From Trueperaceae bacterium (GTDB taxonomy: Bacteria; Deinococcota; Deinococci; Deinococcales; Trueperaceae), in assembly GCA_965214405.1 (NCBI GenBank), contig OZ243956.1:3552001-3616000 (forward strand): 64,000 bases of DNA, read 5' to 3'. The position numbers were made by a program, and so were the translations under genes. The notes beneath the pieces are model-generated. The model saw only the letters and a program-made list of their open reading frames with translations, ran no database searches and was not told the DNA's origin. Of this stretch, positions 1 through 9,482 are shown in pieces; the first letter of the stretch is position 1; the number at the start of each line of letters is the position of its first letter.

Positions 1-1446
1 CGCGTTCCTTACCGCGCCGTGAGCGTGACTGACGACGGTGCGGAAGTCTCGAGCGAGCCCTTCACCCTCGCGCCGCTTCCCGAGGCGGGCGAGCCCTTGC
101 AGATTCTTCTCACGAGCGACCATCAGCTCAAGGAGATGACGCCCGCAAACCTAGAGAAAGTCGAGGAGACGGTGGGCCGACCCGACGCGGTCTTTTTGGC
201 GGGCGATCTTGTCAACATCCCCGACCGCGCCTCGGAGTGGTTTGACGACGCTCGAGGCTTCGCCTTTTTCCCCGGCTTGCAGGGCAACGCGGCTTATACT
301 CTGGAACGCACCTTAGAAGAGGGCGGCGTTACCACCACGACGAAACGCACGTACGGGGGCGGCGAACTCATCCAGCACGCCCCGCTCTTTCCCGTGATCG
401 GCAACCACGAGGTGATGGGGCGCTTTAGCGCGGGCGAGGGTCTTAACGACCAGTTCAACGACCCCCAACCCAGAGAGGTGGCCGAGGCGCGTTACGAAGA
501 GCTGGCCGATACAGTCAACCCGTCGGGCGATGAGGCGGTACGCGCGCGCTGGCTAGAGGACAATTCCTACAACACCACCACATATGAGGAAATTTTCACG
601 TTGCCCAACGAGAGCCCCGGCGGCGAACACTACTACGCGCTACAGTTCGGCGACGTTTACCTCATCGGGCTCTACGCCACGCGCATCTGGCGCACGCCGA
701 GTTTGAACGACGACGCGCGCGGCAAATACCGCGAGCCCTTAGCCGAGCTTGACAAACCCGACAACTGGGGTTACGGCGACTTTATCTTTGAAGACTTGAG
801 TTTGGGTAGCGAGCAGTACGCGTGGCTCGAGGAAACTTTGCAGAGCGACGCCTTTAAGGACGCGCCCTACAAAATCGTGATGCTCCACCAAGGCCCGCAC
901 GGCTTAGGCGACAACTACAACCCGGTCTTTGCCGACCCCGTCCAGGTGCTCGATTACGACAAGGCGGGGCGCTTGGCGGGAGTGCGTTACGAGTATCCTC
1001 TCGAAGCGGATGTCTTGGTGCGCGACGTTGAACCGCTCCTAAACGCGGCAGGCGTCGACCTCGCGTTTTCGGGTCACTCGCACCTCTGGTTCAGGATGCA
1101 AAACGCGGCGGACGTCAACTTTTTGGAAACCTCGAACGTCGGCAACTCGTACGGCTGCTACCTCGAGGGCTACCGCGAGCGCGGCAACGTCCCCGACGAC
1201 CCGCGTTACACCGCCGCGAACTACGCCGCCGTGGGCGACCCGCACGGCCTGGAGCCCGTCATGCCCACCATAGAAGCGCCCATGACGACCGACGAGGGCG
1301 CGCCCCTGCCGTGCGTCGCCTCGAACGACCTCACCGTTTTTAGCATCCTCGACACGGGCACGGCTACGGTCAAGAGCTACATGTTCGACACCCGCCGCCC
1401 TGAGTCCGAGGTGGTGTTGTTTGATGAGTTCTCGCTCGAGGACTAG
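1..1446 (+). CDS. Calcineurin-like metallophosphoesterase (purple acid phosphatase-like), 5'-partial
   Basis: Frame is open from base 1 (RVPYRAVSV...). Motifs SDHQ, AGDLVN, GNHE and GHSH are present. Confidence 0.85.
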   Translation, partial: RVPYRAVSVTDDGAEVSSEPFTLAPLPEAGEPLQILLTSDHQLKEMTPANLEKVEETVGRPDAVFLAGDLVNIPDRASEWFDDARGFAFFPGLQGNAAYTLERTLEEGGVTTTTKRTYGGGELIQHAPLFPVIGNHEVMGRFSAGEGLNDQFNDPQPREVAEARYEELADTVNPSGDEAVRARWLEDNSYNTTTYEEIFTLPNESPGGEHYYALQFGDVYLIGLYATRIWRTPSLNDDARGKYREPLAELDKPDNWGYGDFIFEDLSLGSEQYAWLEETLQSDAFKDAPYKIVMLHQGPHGLGDNYNPVFADPVQVLDYDKAGRLAGVRYEYPLEADVLVRDVEPLLNAAGVDLAFSGHSHLWFRMQNAADVNFLETSNVGNSYGCYLEGYRERGNVPDDPRYTAANYAAVGDPHGLEPVMPTIEAPMTTDEGAPLPCVASNDLTVFSILDTGTATVKSYMFDTRRPESEVVLFDEFSLED

Positions 1447-1707
1447 AACGACTACGCGATCCGGAGCACCGCGCTGGAGTATCTTGCCGAAACCCTCGAG
1501 CACGACTTCGCGCTTCCCACGGCCTACCGGCGCACCCACCCCATCAAGGACGGGCGGACGGCGCAAGACCTTTTGCTTGAGCAGCTCGAGCTGTTGGGCG
1601 CGCAAATGAAAGAAACCGTGAGCGACTTTAACCGCGATGATACGAGCAAACTTTTGGCGCACGGTAGGTTTTTAGAAGAAAAGTTTGGCAAAAGTTTGTT
1701 TGTGTAG
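1447..1707 (+). pseudogene. Start-less C-terminal remnant of a conserved hypothetical protein
   Basis: 86 open codons directly after the TAG read NDYAIRSTALEYLAETLEH...GRTAQDLLLEQLELL...LLAHGRFLEEKFG*. This is protein-like and resembles a helical family I recall, but there is no start or RBS at its 5' end. Confidence 0.55.
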
Positions 1708-1718
1708 CGCGGCTCGAG

Positions 1719-3416
1719 CTACACACGCTGCACCCGCCTGAGTAGCGCCACAAGGAGCGCGAGGCTTGCCAAAATGAGAACGAGCAGCGTGCTGAGCGCG
1801 CTCGCTTGGGCGGTGGCTCCGGCCTGCTCGAGCCCGAACACGAGCCAGCCCAGCGTCTCGCTGTTCGAGCCCGCCAGGAGGGCCGAGAGCGAGAGTTCGC
1901 TAAAGGCGTTGAGGAAAACCAGCAGCCCGGCCACCGCGAGCGCGGGGGCCATGAGCGGCAGCAGCACGTAGCCGAAGAGCGCGAAGAGCCCCGCCCCGTC
2001 CAGCCGCGCGGCCTCCTCTAAACCCACGTCCACCTGACGCCACGCCGCCCCCACGGGTTGGAGGGCGAAGGCCAGGTAATGCCCAACGTAGGCGATGAGC
2101 AGCAGGTGCAGCGTCCCGTAAAGCGTGACGCCGGGGAGGGGCGAGCGCAGCCACACGAGCACGAGCGAGAGCGCGAAAACGAGGCCGGGCAGCGCGTAGG
2201 GCAGGTCAACCACGAGTTGCAGTGGCAATCCTCGAGCCGGTCCCAGCTTGAGGAGCAGGTAACCGATCACGAACGCCAAGCCCGCGGCGATGAGCGCCGC
2301 CCCCGACGCGAGCAGCAGGCTGTGTACGAGCGCGCGTTTGAACGCGCCCAACTCGGTGAGGACGAAAACGAAGTGCTTCAGGGTGAGGTTGTCGGGGGTG
2401 GGCATGAGCCCGTAGGCGCGGGTGAGCGCAGTTAAGACCATCGACACGAACGGCCCCAGGGTAAACAAACCGACGAAAAGCCCTCCCAAAAGCAGCGCGA
2501 GCGGCCAATGGACGCATCCCAAAGTGTAGCGTAGGGGCGGCTCGAGCAGCCCGCCCGCGGGCGCGTCTTGACGCCGCAATATGCGGTACTGGACGATCAG
2601 GGCGAAAACCGCCGGGACCGCGAGGAGGAGCGCCACCGCCGCCGCCTGGTCAAAGCCGCCCGTGGCGAACGAGGTGACTTTCTGATAGATGAGCGTCGGC
2701 AGGGTGAGGTAGCGGGCGGGCACACCCAAGAGCGCCTGAATCCCGAAGTTGCCCAGCGCGGCCAGAAAGCTCAAGACAAAAGCCGCGAGGATGTTGGGCA
2801 CAAGGAGGGGCACCAGGATGGCGCGCCAGACTTGCGTGAGGTTGGCCCCGTCAAGCTGCGCGGCCTCCTCGAGGCTCCTCGGCACGCTCCTCACGCCCAC
2901 CGCTATCGTCAGGAGAGCGACAGGTAGCGCGAAGATAACGAGCAGTAACACGATGCCGCCGGGGCTGTAGAGCGTCCAGGGAGGCGCGGGCGCACCGAAA
3001 AGCGCGCGTGCGAGGCGCGTTACGTACCCGGCGGGTCCGGCCCAGCCGAGCCAGGCGATGGTCAGAATCTGCGGCGGCACGACCAGGGGGACGAGCAGGG
3101 CCACGCGAAACACCCGGCGGCCCGGCAGGTCCGTTTTCTCGAGCAGTAGCGCGAGGAGAAGACCCAATAGGGTGGTCACGACCGCGACGGTACTCGAGAC
3201 GCTCAGGCTGTGCCCTAACGCGGTCCTTGCCTGCGGGTTCTCTAAAAGCCAGCCGAGCGCGCCCGGCGTAAGCGCCCGGAAGAGCAAGCGGCCCAGGGGC
3301 AGCACGTTGGTCAGCAGCAGCACGCCGCCGATGAGCAGGGCGAGAGGCAGGAGGCCGCTGGGGCGCAAAAGAACGCTCCGCGCCTTTTTGGGACGCGGAG
3401 GATTTGCTACCGCCAT
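1719..3416 (-). CDS. ABC transporter permease, FbpB/AfuB-type (two fused BPD_transp_1 domains)
   Basis: Two EAA motifs (LEEAAQLDGA, LEEAARLDGA) and many TM helices. Confidence 0.9.
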   Translation of the reverse strand: MAVANPPRPKKARSVLLRPSGLLPLALLIGGVLLLTNVLPLGRLLFRALTPGALGWLLENPQARTALGHSLSVSSTVAVVTTLLGLLLALLLEKTDLPGRRVFRVALLVPLVVPPQILTIAWLGWAGPAGYVTRLARALFGAPAPPWTLYSPGGIVLLLVIFALPVALLTIAVGVRSVPRSLEEAAQLDGANLTQVWRAILVPLLVPNILAAFVLSFLAALGNFGIQALLGVPARYLTLPTLIYQKVTSFATGGFDQAAAVALLLAVPAVFALIVQYRILRRQDAPAGGLLEPPLRYTLGCVHWPLALLLGGLFVGLFTLGPFVSMVLTALTRAYGLMPTPDNLTLKHFVFVLTELGAFKRALVHSLLLASGAALIAAGLAFVIGYLLLKLGPARGLPLQLVVDLPYALPGLVFALSLVLVWLRSPLPGVTLYGTLHLLLIAYVGHYLAFALQPVGAAWRQVDVGLEEAARLDGAGLFALFGYVLLPLMAPALAVAGLLVFLNAFSELSLSALLAGSNSETLGWLVFGLEQAGATAQASALSTLLVLILASLALLVALLRRVQRV

Positions 3417-3537
3417 GTAAAGCAGTTTTTGTTGACGTTGAGCGAACTTAACGCAGTTATCATTCCTTAAACTCCGCCGTGAGCGATAGCGTATACATCT
3501 TCACTTAGATCAGGGTGTTTCTAAAGTAACGACGCGC

Positions 3538-4500
3538 TTACTCGCCAAAAAGCGTCGCAAACGCTTCCTTGTCGGCGTCGCGGGCTTCGGCCAGCTCGGC
3601 GTTGTCGGCGCTCAGGACGGTGACGTCACTTAAATTCGGAAAGCCCGCGGGGGGCGCGACGTCGTCGCGCAGCGGCAGGTAGCCCATCTCGGCGGCCAAC
3701 TCTTGCCCCTCTTGTGAGAGTAAAAAGTCCACGAACGCCTCCGCCGCCTCCCTGTTCGGCGTGCCCTTGACGATGCCCACCGGCTCGGTGATGGCGGGCA
3801 CGCCCTCGTCAGGGTAGACGACGGCCACGGGCGACCCTGCCTGCGCCTCGCGGATGGGCACAAAGTCGACCATCATTCCGTAAGGCTTTTCGCCCGCCGC
3901 GACCGCGCGAAACACCGCACCGTTGCCTTGGGTCAAAAAAACGTCATGCTGCTCGAGCCCCTCATAGAAACCCATGCCAATCCCTTCCGTGCGCGTCAAA
4001 ACGCCCAGATTGTACGCGGCTGCGCCCGAGTACGTCGGGCTGGGCATGGCGACCTCGTTCTCGAGCCCGGCCAGCGCGTTCCAGGAGGAGACGGGGTCGC
4101 TCACCAGATTGGTGTTGTAGACAATCACCGTGGCGATGAGCTTGGTGCCGTAATAAAAGCCCTCGGGGTCATAGTAAGCGGGGTCGATGGCCTCTGCATT
4201 GGGCGACTCGTAGCTCTCCAACAAGTCCCGGTTTTTAAGAATCTCAAAAGTCGGCGCGTCGGCGACCAAGAGCACGTCTGCTTGCGGCGCGCCCGCCTCG
4301 GCCTCGAGCAGAAATCGGCTGACGACCTCTTCGGTCCCGGAGCGGAAGGTCTCGACTGTGACGCCGGGGTAAGCAGCCTCAAAGGCCGCGGCGGTCTGGG
4401 CCGCGTCGGTTTCGGGTTGTGAGGTGTAAAGCCGCAGGGTGCCGCCCGGTTGGGCGAAAGCGAGACTCAAAAGCAAGGTGATTGGTAAAAAATAACGCAT
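3538..4500 (-). CDS. ABC substrate-binding protein, FbpA/AfuA-like (Fe3+/phosphonate/sugar-phosphate class)
   Basis: Signal peptide, LYTS, FRSGT, ADVLLVAD and YPDEG motifs; lies upstream of the permease. Confidence 0.88.
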   Translation of the reverse strand: MRYFLPITLLLSLAFAQPGGTLRLYTSQPETDAAQTAAAFEAAYPGVTVETFRSGTEEVVSRFLLEAEAGAPQADVLLVADAPTFEILKNRDLLESYESPNAEAIDPAYYDPEGFYYGTKLIATVIVYNTNLVSDPVSSWNALAGLENEVAMPSPTYSGAAAYNLGVLTRTEGIGMGFYEGLEQHDVFLTQGNGAVFRAVAAGEKPYGMMVDFVPIREAQAGSPVAVVYPDEGVPAITEPVGIVKGTPNREAAEAFVDFLLSQEGQELAAEMGYLPLRDDVAPPAGFPNLSDVTVLSADNAELAEARDADKEAFATLFGE

Positions 4501-4518
4501 AACTGTCCTCCAGGATTC

Positions 4519-4550
4519 ACTCTATGAGGGGGCTGTCAGCGGTTTGTCAG
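4519..4550 (-). promoter_or_regulatory. Direct repeat CTGACA-N5-CTGACA (11-bp period) plus -10 TAGAGT; putative OmpR/PhoB-family activator site
   Basis: TGTCAG at 4534 and 4545 on +, in the -35 position relative to the -10 at 4519-4524, followed by RBS GGAGG. Confidence 0.5.
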
Positions 4551-4663
4551 AACTCCCGTTTGGCAGCAGGCTCATGTGGTGGATGCGCGCGTCTCGAGCA
4601 TAACAGCTTTCCCGAAGGTTCTGTGGGGGCGGTTAGACGTTTCAGAAAGGCTTCCTGTCCTCT

Positions 4664-6070
4664 CTAACTGATGAGGCGGTAGACGAGACCGACACCCGCG
4701 CTCACCATCAGCGTAGGAATCATCCCCGTCTTGAACCGGAAGAGGGCGACAAACGCACCCACCGCAATGAGGAGCACCACAAGGTTAAACGTCTCCCACT
4801 CGGGTATCAGCAGCCGCAAGCCGCCGAAACGAACGTCGGTCACGGTCGAGAATACGGTGTGGACACCGAACCAAACGGCCAAGTTGAGGATGACGCCGAC
4901 GACCGCCGCGGTAATCGCCGAGAGCGCCGCGGTGAGCGACCGGTTGCCCCGCAGGTGCTCGATAAAGGGCGCGCCCAAGAAGATAAAGAAAAAGCAAGGC
5001 GCAAAGGTCATCCAGGTCGTCAGGATGGAGCCTAAAATCCCGGCGTAGAGGGGCTCTAACCCACTCTGCCTATAAGCCCCCATAAACCCCACAAACTGCG
5101 TGACCTGGACAAGCGGCCCGGGGGTGGTCTCCGCCATGCCGAGCCCGTCCAACATCTCGCCGGGTCGCAACCAGCCATATACCTCGACGGCTTGCTGAGC
5201 AATAAACGCCAGCACCGAATAAGCGCCGCCGAAGGTGACGACGGCGGCCTGTGAGAAGAAGAGGGCGATTTGCGCGAAGACGCTTTCCGTACCCAGGGTC
5301 AGCACGATGACGAGTAGAGGGGCCAACCAGACAAAAAGCCACAGGGCGCTCGTTCTGAGCGCGTAACCCCAGGAGGGCGGGGTGTGGGAGGCGACGGCGT
5401 CGGTAATGACAAAGCCCGCTTCGGCGTCCTCACCGACCGGGCGGCCCTTGACGACGTAAAAGAGTTCGGGCGCGACCCTGCCGCCCAAAAGTCCGGTGAG
5501 CCCGGCGGCGAGCACGATGAGGGGAAAAGGCAGCGTAAAAAAGAAGATGGCGACAAACGCGAGCACCGCGATGAGGAGCATCGCCCAGTTTTTCAAGACG
5601 CGCCTGCCGATGCGAATGACCGCTTCGACAACGAGCGCCAACACCGCCGCCTTGAGGCCAAAGAAAAGCGCCTCGACAAAGCCGGTGCTGCTGTAGCGCG
5701 CGTAAACGACGCTCAAGGCGAGAATTGACAGAAAGCCCGGCAAGATAAAAAGCAGTCCGGCAACGAGCCCGCCCTTCGTCTTGTGGAGTAGCCAGCCGAT
5801 ATAGGTGGCGAGCTGCTGCGCTTCGGGTCCGGGCAGGAGCATACAGTAGTTCATGGCGTGTAAAAAGCGGGTCTCGCTAACCCACCGCTTCTCTTCGACC
5901 AAGAGTTTGTGCATCACGGCGATTTGCCCCGCCGGGCCGCCAAAGGAATTTACGGCGACCCTGACCCACACGCGCACCGCCTCGGAAAAGGGAACGTCAT
6001 GAGAGGCGGTGTGAGAGGCGGTGTGAGGGGCGGTCGCGTCACCCGGGGGCGAGACTGAGGCTTCATCCAT
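4664..6070 (-). CDS. chrA: Chromate efflux transporter (long-chain CHR)
   Basis: SFGGPAGQIAVMH, LLPGPEAQQLA, TFGGAYSVL and AETTPGP motifs. Confidence 0.95.
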   Translation of the reverse strand: MDEASVSPPGDATAPHTASHTASHDVPFSEAVRVWVRVAVNSFGGPAGQIAVMHKLLVEEKRWVSETRFLHAMNYCMLLPGPEAQQLATYIGWLLHKTKGGLVAGLLFILPGFLSILALSVVYARYSSTGFVEALFFGLKAAVLALVVEAVIRIGRRVLKNWAMLLIAVLAFVAIFFFTLPFPLIVLAAGLTGLLGGRVAPELFYVVKGRPVGEDAEAGFVITDAVASHTPPSWGYALRTSALWLFVWLAPLLVIVLTLGTESVFAQIALFFSQAAVVTFGGAYSVLAFIAQQAVEVYGWLRPGEMLDGLGMAETTPGPLVQVTQFVGFMGAYRQSGLEPLYAGILGSILTTWMTFAPCFFFIFLGAPFIEHLRGNRSLTAALSAITAAVVGVILNLAVWFGVHTVFSTVTDVRFGGLRLLIPEWETFNLVVLLIAVGAFVALFRFKTGMIPTLMVSAGVGLVYRLIS

Positions 6071-6109
6071 TGGCGCTCCTTTGCAAAATGAGCTCTTGTG
6101 CGCTGCGTC

Positions 6110-6244
6110 TTACGCTTTTGACGCCTTTGAAAACGTTACATACAACCCGCTGAAAAGCTGCTCTCCTCGAGCCTCGAGTTCCTCATCACTGAGCCCCGAA
6201 GCGAGCCAGCCGTCTAGAAGAGCGTCAAGCCCCGCGACTTCGGC
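6110..6244 (-). pseudogene. chrB: C-terminal remnant of a ChrB-type chromate resistance protein
   Basis: Reads AEVAGLDALLDGWLASGLSDEELEARGEQLFSGLYVTF...*, like the ChrB C-terminus. It lies just upstream of chrA, with an in-frame stop 8 codons further upstream and no start. Confidence 0.6.
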
Positions 6245-6413
6245 GAGGACGCACCGAGCGAGTACGGTCTATTGCGGCGGCTTTATCCTCCATTTTCAAA
6301 TATAACGGTTTGTAGAACGAGCCACTTTCTTCTCCGGTGCTCGAGCCTATGGTTTAACTCACGAGGTTGACACGAGCAGCCTCAACTTACTTAAACTACG
6401 GGAGGCACAAAAC

Positions 6414-6779
6414 ATGGCAAACACGGACTACAGACGAACGCTATCCACTTCCTCACTTATTGGTGACGGCGTCAGAAACGCGCAGGGTGAGAGCCTCGGT
6501 AACCTAAAAGAACTTATGGTTGATGTTGAGCGCGGGCAAATCGCGTACGCCGTTCTCGACTTCGGCGGCGTCTTGGGCGTAGGCAACAAGCTTTTCGCGG
6601 TTCCTTGGCAAGCTTTTGACGTGGACGAAAAGGACCACAAGCTGGTTCTCAACATTGACAAAGACCGTCTCAAGAATGCCGAGGGCTTTGATAAGAACGA
6701 TTGGCCCGACACCGCAGACTTAAACTGGGGCAAACAGGTTCACGATTACTACGGTTACACGCCCTATTGGGAGCAGTAG
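6414..6779 (+). CDS. PRC-barrel domain protein
   Basis: GQIAYAVLDFGGVLGVGNKLFAVPW and FDKNDWPD; RBS GGAGG. Confidence 0.92.
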   Translation: MANTDYRRTLSTSSLIGDGVRNAQGESLGNLKELMVDVERGQIAYAVLDFGGVLGVGNKLFAVPWQAFDVDEKDHKLVLNIDKDRLKNAEGFDKNDWPDTADLNWGKQVHDYYGYTPYWEQ

Positions 6780-6815
6780 ACGGTAAAGCAGTAAAGGCAG
6801 CAAACCACACCAGGC

Positions 6816-6843
6816 AAGGCGAGTTTAGGCTCGCCTTCTTTTG
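6816..6843 (+). terminator. Intrinsic terminator
   Basis: AAGGCGAG-N6-CTCGCCTT followed by CTTTT, between convergent genes. Confidence 0.7.
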
Positions 6844-6884
6844 TGCTCTTCTTCGTGTTGTGATAAACAAACCTCATGTGACGT

Positions 6885-7820
6885 TCAGCTCTTTTCAATT
6901 TTGTTCCAGTAATGCGTTTTAAGGTAATGCGCCCACAGCCCCCCGTACCACCCGTAACGCTCGGCAATCTCGCGCGCGCTGCCCGCGCTGATGGTGAGGC
7001 CCTGGGTGTACACGGCGGACACCGCCGGGAGCAGCCCCGTGTCCGTCCAGGGCACGCGCTCGGCGCGCCCGAGGCCGCGCAGCATAATAAAGTCCACCGA
7101 CCACGCGCCGACGCCCTTGATGTTTTTGAGCCAGCGTTCTACCTCGGCGTAGGGCGCGCGGCGCAGAAAATCTTCGTCCGCGCCCGCCCAGGCCTTGACG
7201 AGTTCGTCCATCCGCTCCGTTTTGCGGGTGTTGTTGGTTGCGGCGAGCATCGTGCCGGGTGGGGCGGCTAAAAGTTGCTGGGGTTCGGGAAAGGCGTAGT
7301 GGAGGTGACCGCCCCACTCGAGCCGCCCGCCCACCGCCTCCATAAGCCGCCGCATCGTCTTGTGCGCGAACGCGTTGGGCGTGCGCTGCTGGATGACCGC
7401 CCAACAGGCGCTCTCAAAGGGGGTCAGGAGCTTAAAGGGATGGTAACCGTAAAGCGCTTCCGCAACCCTCTTGAACGCGGCGTCTCTTGCCGCCAGCGCG
7501 TAGAACGGCTCTAAATCATCATCCAAACTTAAAAAAAACCGAATCCGGTCTTCCGCCGCCTCGACTCGTTCAGGCGTTAAGTCTTGGGCGTAGAGGGCGC
7601 ACTCGAGCTTAGGCTTCTCTACCGTCCCGACGCTCCTCACCCGGAACAAGACGGGGAGGCCGCCCACGCTCACCACGCGTTGCAGCGCCCCCTCCACAAT
7701 TTGTTCGTGCGCGGGGTGACGTTCATAGGGTTGTGAGCGAAAGACGCGAATAAAATTCAGCGTTTGCTCGAAAGAAAAGGGTGGCGTGGGCTTGAGCGTC
7801 AGCGTGGTGGTTTCTAACAT
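6885..7820 (-). CDS. DNA-3-methyladenine glycosylase II (AlkA family, HhH-GPD)
   Basis: PFSFEQTL N-terminus, TPFES...QQ, and HhH motif IKGVGAWS. ATG 7820 chosen. Confidence 0.85.
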   Translation of the reverse strand: MLETTTLTLKPTPPFSFEQTLNFIRVFRSQPYERHPAHEQIVEGALQRVVSVGGLPVLFRVRSVGTVEKPKLECALYAQDLTPERVEAAEDRIRFFLSLDDDLEPFYALAARDAAFKRVAEALYGYHPFKLLTPFESACWAVIQQRTPNAFAHKTMRRLMEAVGGRLEWGGHLHYAFPEPQQLLAAPPGTMLAATNNTRKTERMDELVKAWAGADEDFLRRAPYAEVERWLKNIKGVGAWSVDFIMLRGLGRAERVPWTDTGLLPAVSAVYTQGLTISAGSAREIAERYGWYGGLWAHYLKTHYWNKIEKS

Positions 7821-7950
7821 GCGTCCATTGAACCCTTTGGGTAGCAGGTGGCACAAGGATGGCGACGTCTGTGAGACGGGACCATTGACTGCCGCTCGCG
7901 GGCTCGAGAAGATAAGGCGCGAAACTCAGAAATAACCTTCAAAGTCGAAG

Positions 7951-8292
7951 TTAGTGAAACTGGGCTTCTTCAGCAACCTGACTTGTAAACTGACGCAGCG
8001 TAACAGTCTTGTCTGGAAACTTTGCTCTAACTTCCAGCTCACCGCCCAACGCCCGGACGTAACGCTCTAAGGTCTTGACCAAAATATCCTCTTGATGCTC
8101 GATCTGCGAGACGGCTGACTGGCGAATCTCCATGATGTCCGCAAGTTCTTTTTGGGTGAGGTCGTGATCTTTTCTAAGCTCAGATAAAAGCGCGACCTCC
8201 ATGTACAGGAGTTTTTTGCCCTTCTCGATGATGCGAAGGTCTTCCTCATCCATCCCTTTATAAAGTTCGACAATGGGTCGTGCGGTCATCAT
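7951..8292 (-). CDS. XRE-family HTH antitoxin (HigA-like)
   Basis: LSELRKDHDLTQKELADIMEIRQSAVSQIE...YVRALGGEL; ATGA overlap with the toxin stop. Confidence 0.88.
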   Translation of the reverse strand: MMTARPIVELYKGMDEEDLRIIEKGKKLLYMEVALLSELRKDHDLTQKELADIMEIRQSAVSQIEHQEDILVKTLERYVRALGGELEVRAKFPDKTVTLRQFTSQVAEEAQFH

Positions 8293-8642
8293 TCTCCTTT
8301 ATCTAGCTCTTCCAAATGCTTAGCAAACACCGTTTCGGCGAGCGGAATCATGCGGTCGTACCACCTCTTGTCCCCAGCTTTGTTCCCACCCACCAAAAGT
8401 AGCGCCTGGCGCTTGGGGTCGAACGTGTAAAGGATGCGGTAGGGGTCGCCGTGGTGCGGAACCCGCAATTCTTTCAAATTTTTGAGCTTAGAGCCTTTGA
8501 GCGTGTCTGCGTGAGGGCGGCTAAGCTGCGGGCCGTACGCTTCAAGTAACCCCACATACATCAGTAAAGCTCTCTGCAAAGGTTTGTCTTGCTCACTAAA
8601 CCAGCTTTCAAACTCCGACGTAAAGGCAACGGTAAAGGCCAT
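8289..8642 (-). CDS. RelE/ParE-superfamily toxin (Gp49/HigB-like)
   Basis: GPQLSRPHADTLKGS, LKELR, RILYTFDPKRQALLLVGGNK. Leaderless TACACT-N5-ATG; palindrome TATCAG-T-CTGATA at 8652-8664 is a likely operator. Confidence 0.9.
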   Translation of the reverse strand: MAFTVAFTSEFESWFSEQDKPLQRALLMYVGLLEAYGPQLSRPHADTLKGSKLKNLKELRVPHHGDPYRILYTFDPKRQALLLVGGNKAGDKRWYDRMIPLAETVFAKHLEELDKGE

Positions 8643-8831
8643 AGACAAGTGTATCAGTCTGATATAAGCTAAAACCAATATATGAGTTTTGACGCGCTAT
8701 GTAAAGTGCTCCGCGATATGCTTGGTTGTTCTGCTTGAAGTTCAAGTAATCTGAGTAGTTCTGGGTCTGAGCCCACCCGCTGTTCCTCCCGTGAACCTTT
8801 AGTTTATGCTACACACCTGAGGAGGCGTCCC

Positions 8832-9443
8832 TTGAACTGGTCCCAACGTTTCGCCGCGCGCACCGCCAACATGAAGCCCTCGAGCATCCGCGAAGTGCTC
8901 AAACTCACCCAAAAATCCTCTGAGTCTAAAGGGGTGATTTCCTTTGCGGGCGGGCTGCCCGCGCCTTCACTCTTCCCAACAGACGAACTAAACCGCGCGG
9001 CGCAAAAGGTGCTGACCGAACGCGGGGCCGAGGCCTTACAGTACAGCACCACCGAGGGACACGCGCCGCTGCGGGCGTGGGTGGCCCAAAGATTGAACGT
9101 ACCTTCTGAACACGTGCAAATCGTCTCGGGTTCGCAGCAGGGGCTCGACCTCATCGCCAAGGTTTTCTTTAACCCGCGCGACAAGGTCGTGGTGGGCGCG
9201 CCGACTTACATGGGCGCGTTGCGTGCGTTTGACGCCTACGAAGTGGATTACCTGACCGTCGCGTGTGACGACGAGGGGATGGTGCCGGGGGCGCTCGAGG
9301 CGGCCCTCGAACAAGACCCCAAGATGATTTACGTCATCCCCAACTTCGACAATCCGACGGGCGTGACGATGAGTTTAGAGAGGCGTCAGGCGCTGCTCGA
9401 CCTTGCGCGGCGTTACGGCGTGCCTGTATTTGAGGACAATGCA
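8832..9443 (+). pseudogene. 3'-truncated class I PLP aminotransferase (LysN/2-aminoadipate transaminase-like)
   Basis: ISFAGGLP, ALQYSTTEG, SGSQQGLD and PNFDNPTG are present. Similarity stops at VFEDN, the PLP-lysine half is missing, and the frame then runs antisense into the protease gene. Confidence 0.8.
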
Positions 9444-9482
9444 TGTAGAGGTCGCAACGCTGGTTTAGGTCGGCTTAACTTG

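Noticed and set aside
1444..1446. Pyrrolysine or programmed TAG readthrough
   Set aside because: The phosphoesterase ends at a natural-looking C-terminus, no pyl genes are in view, and a remnant is the simpler explanation.
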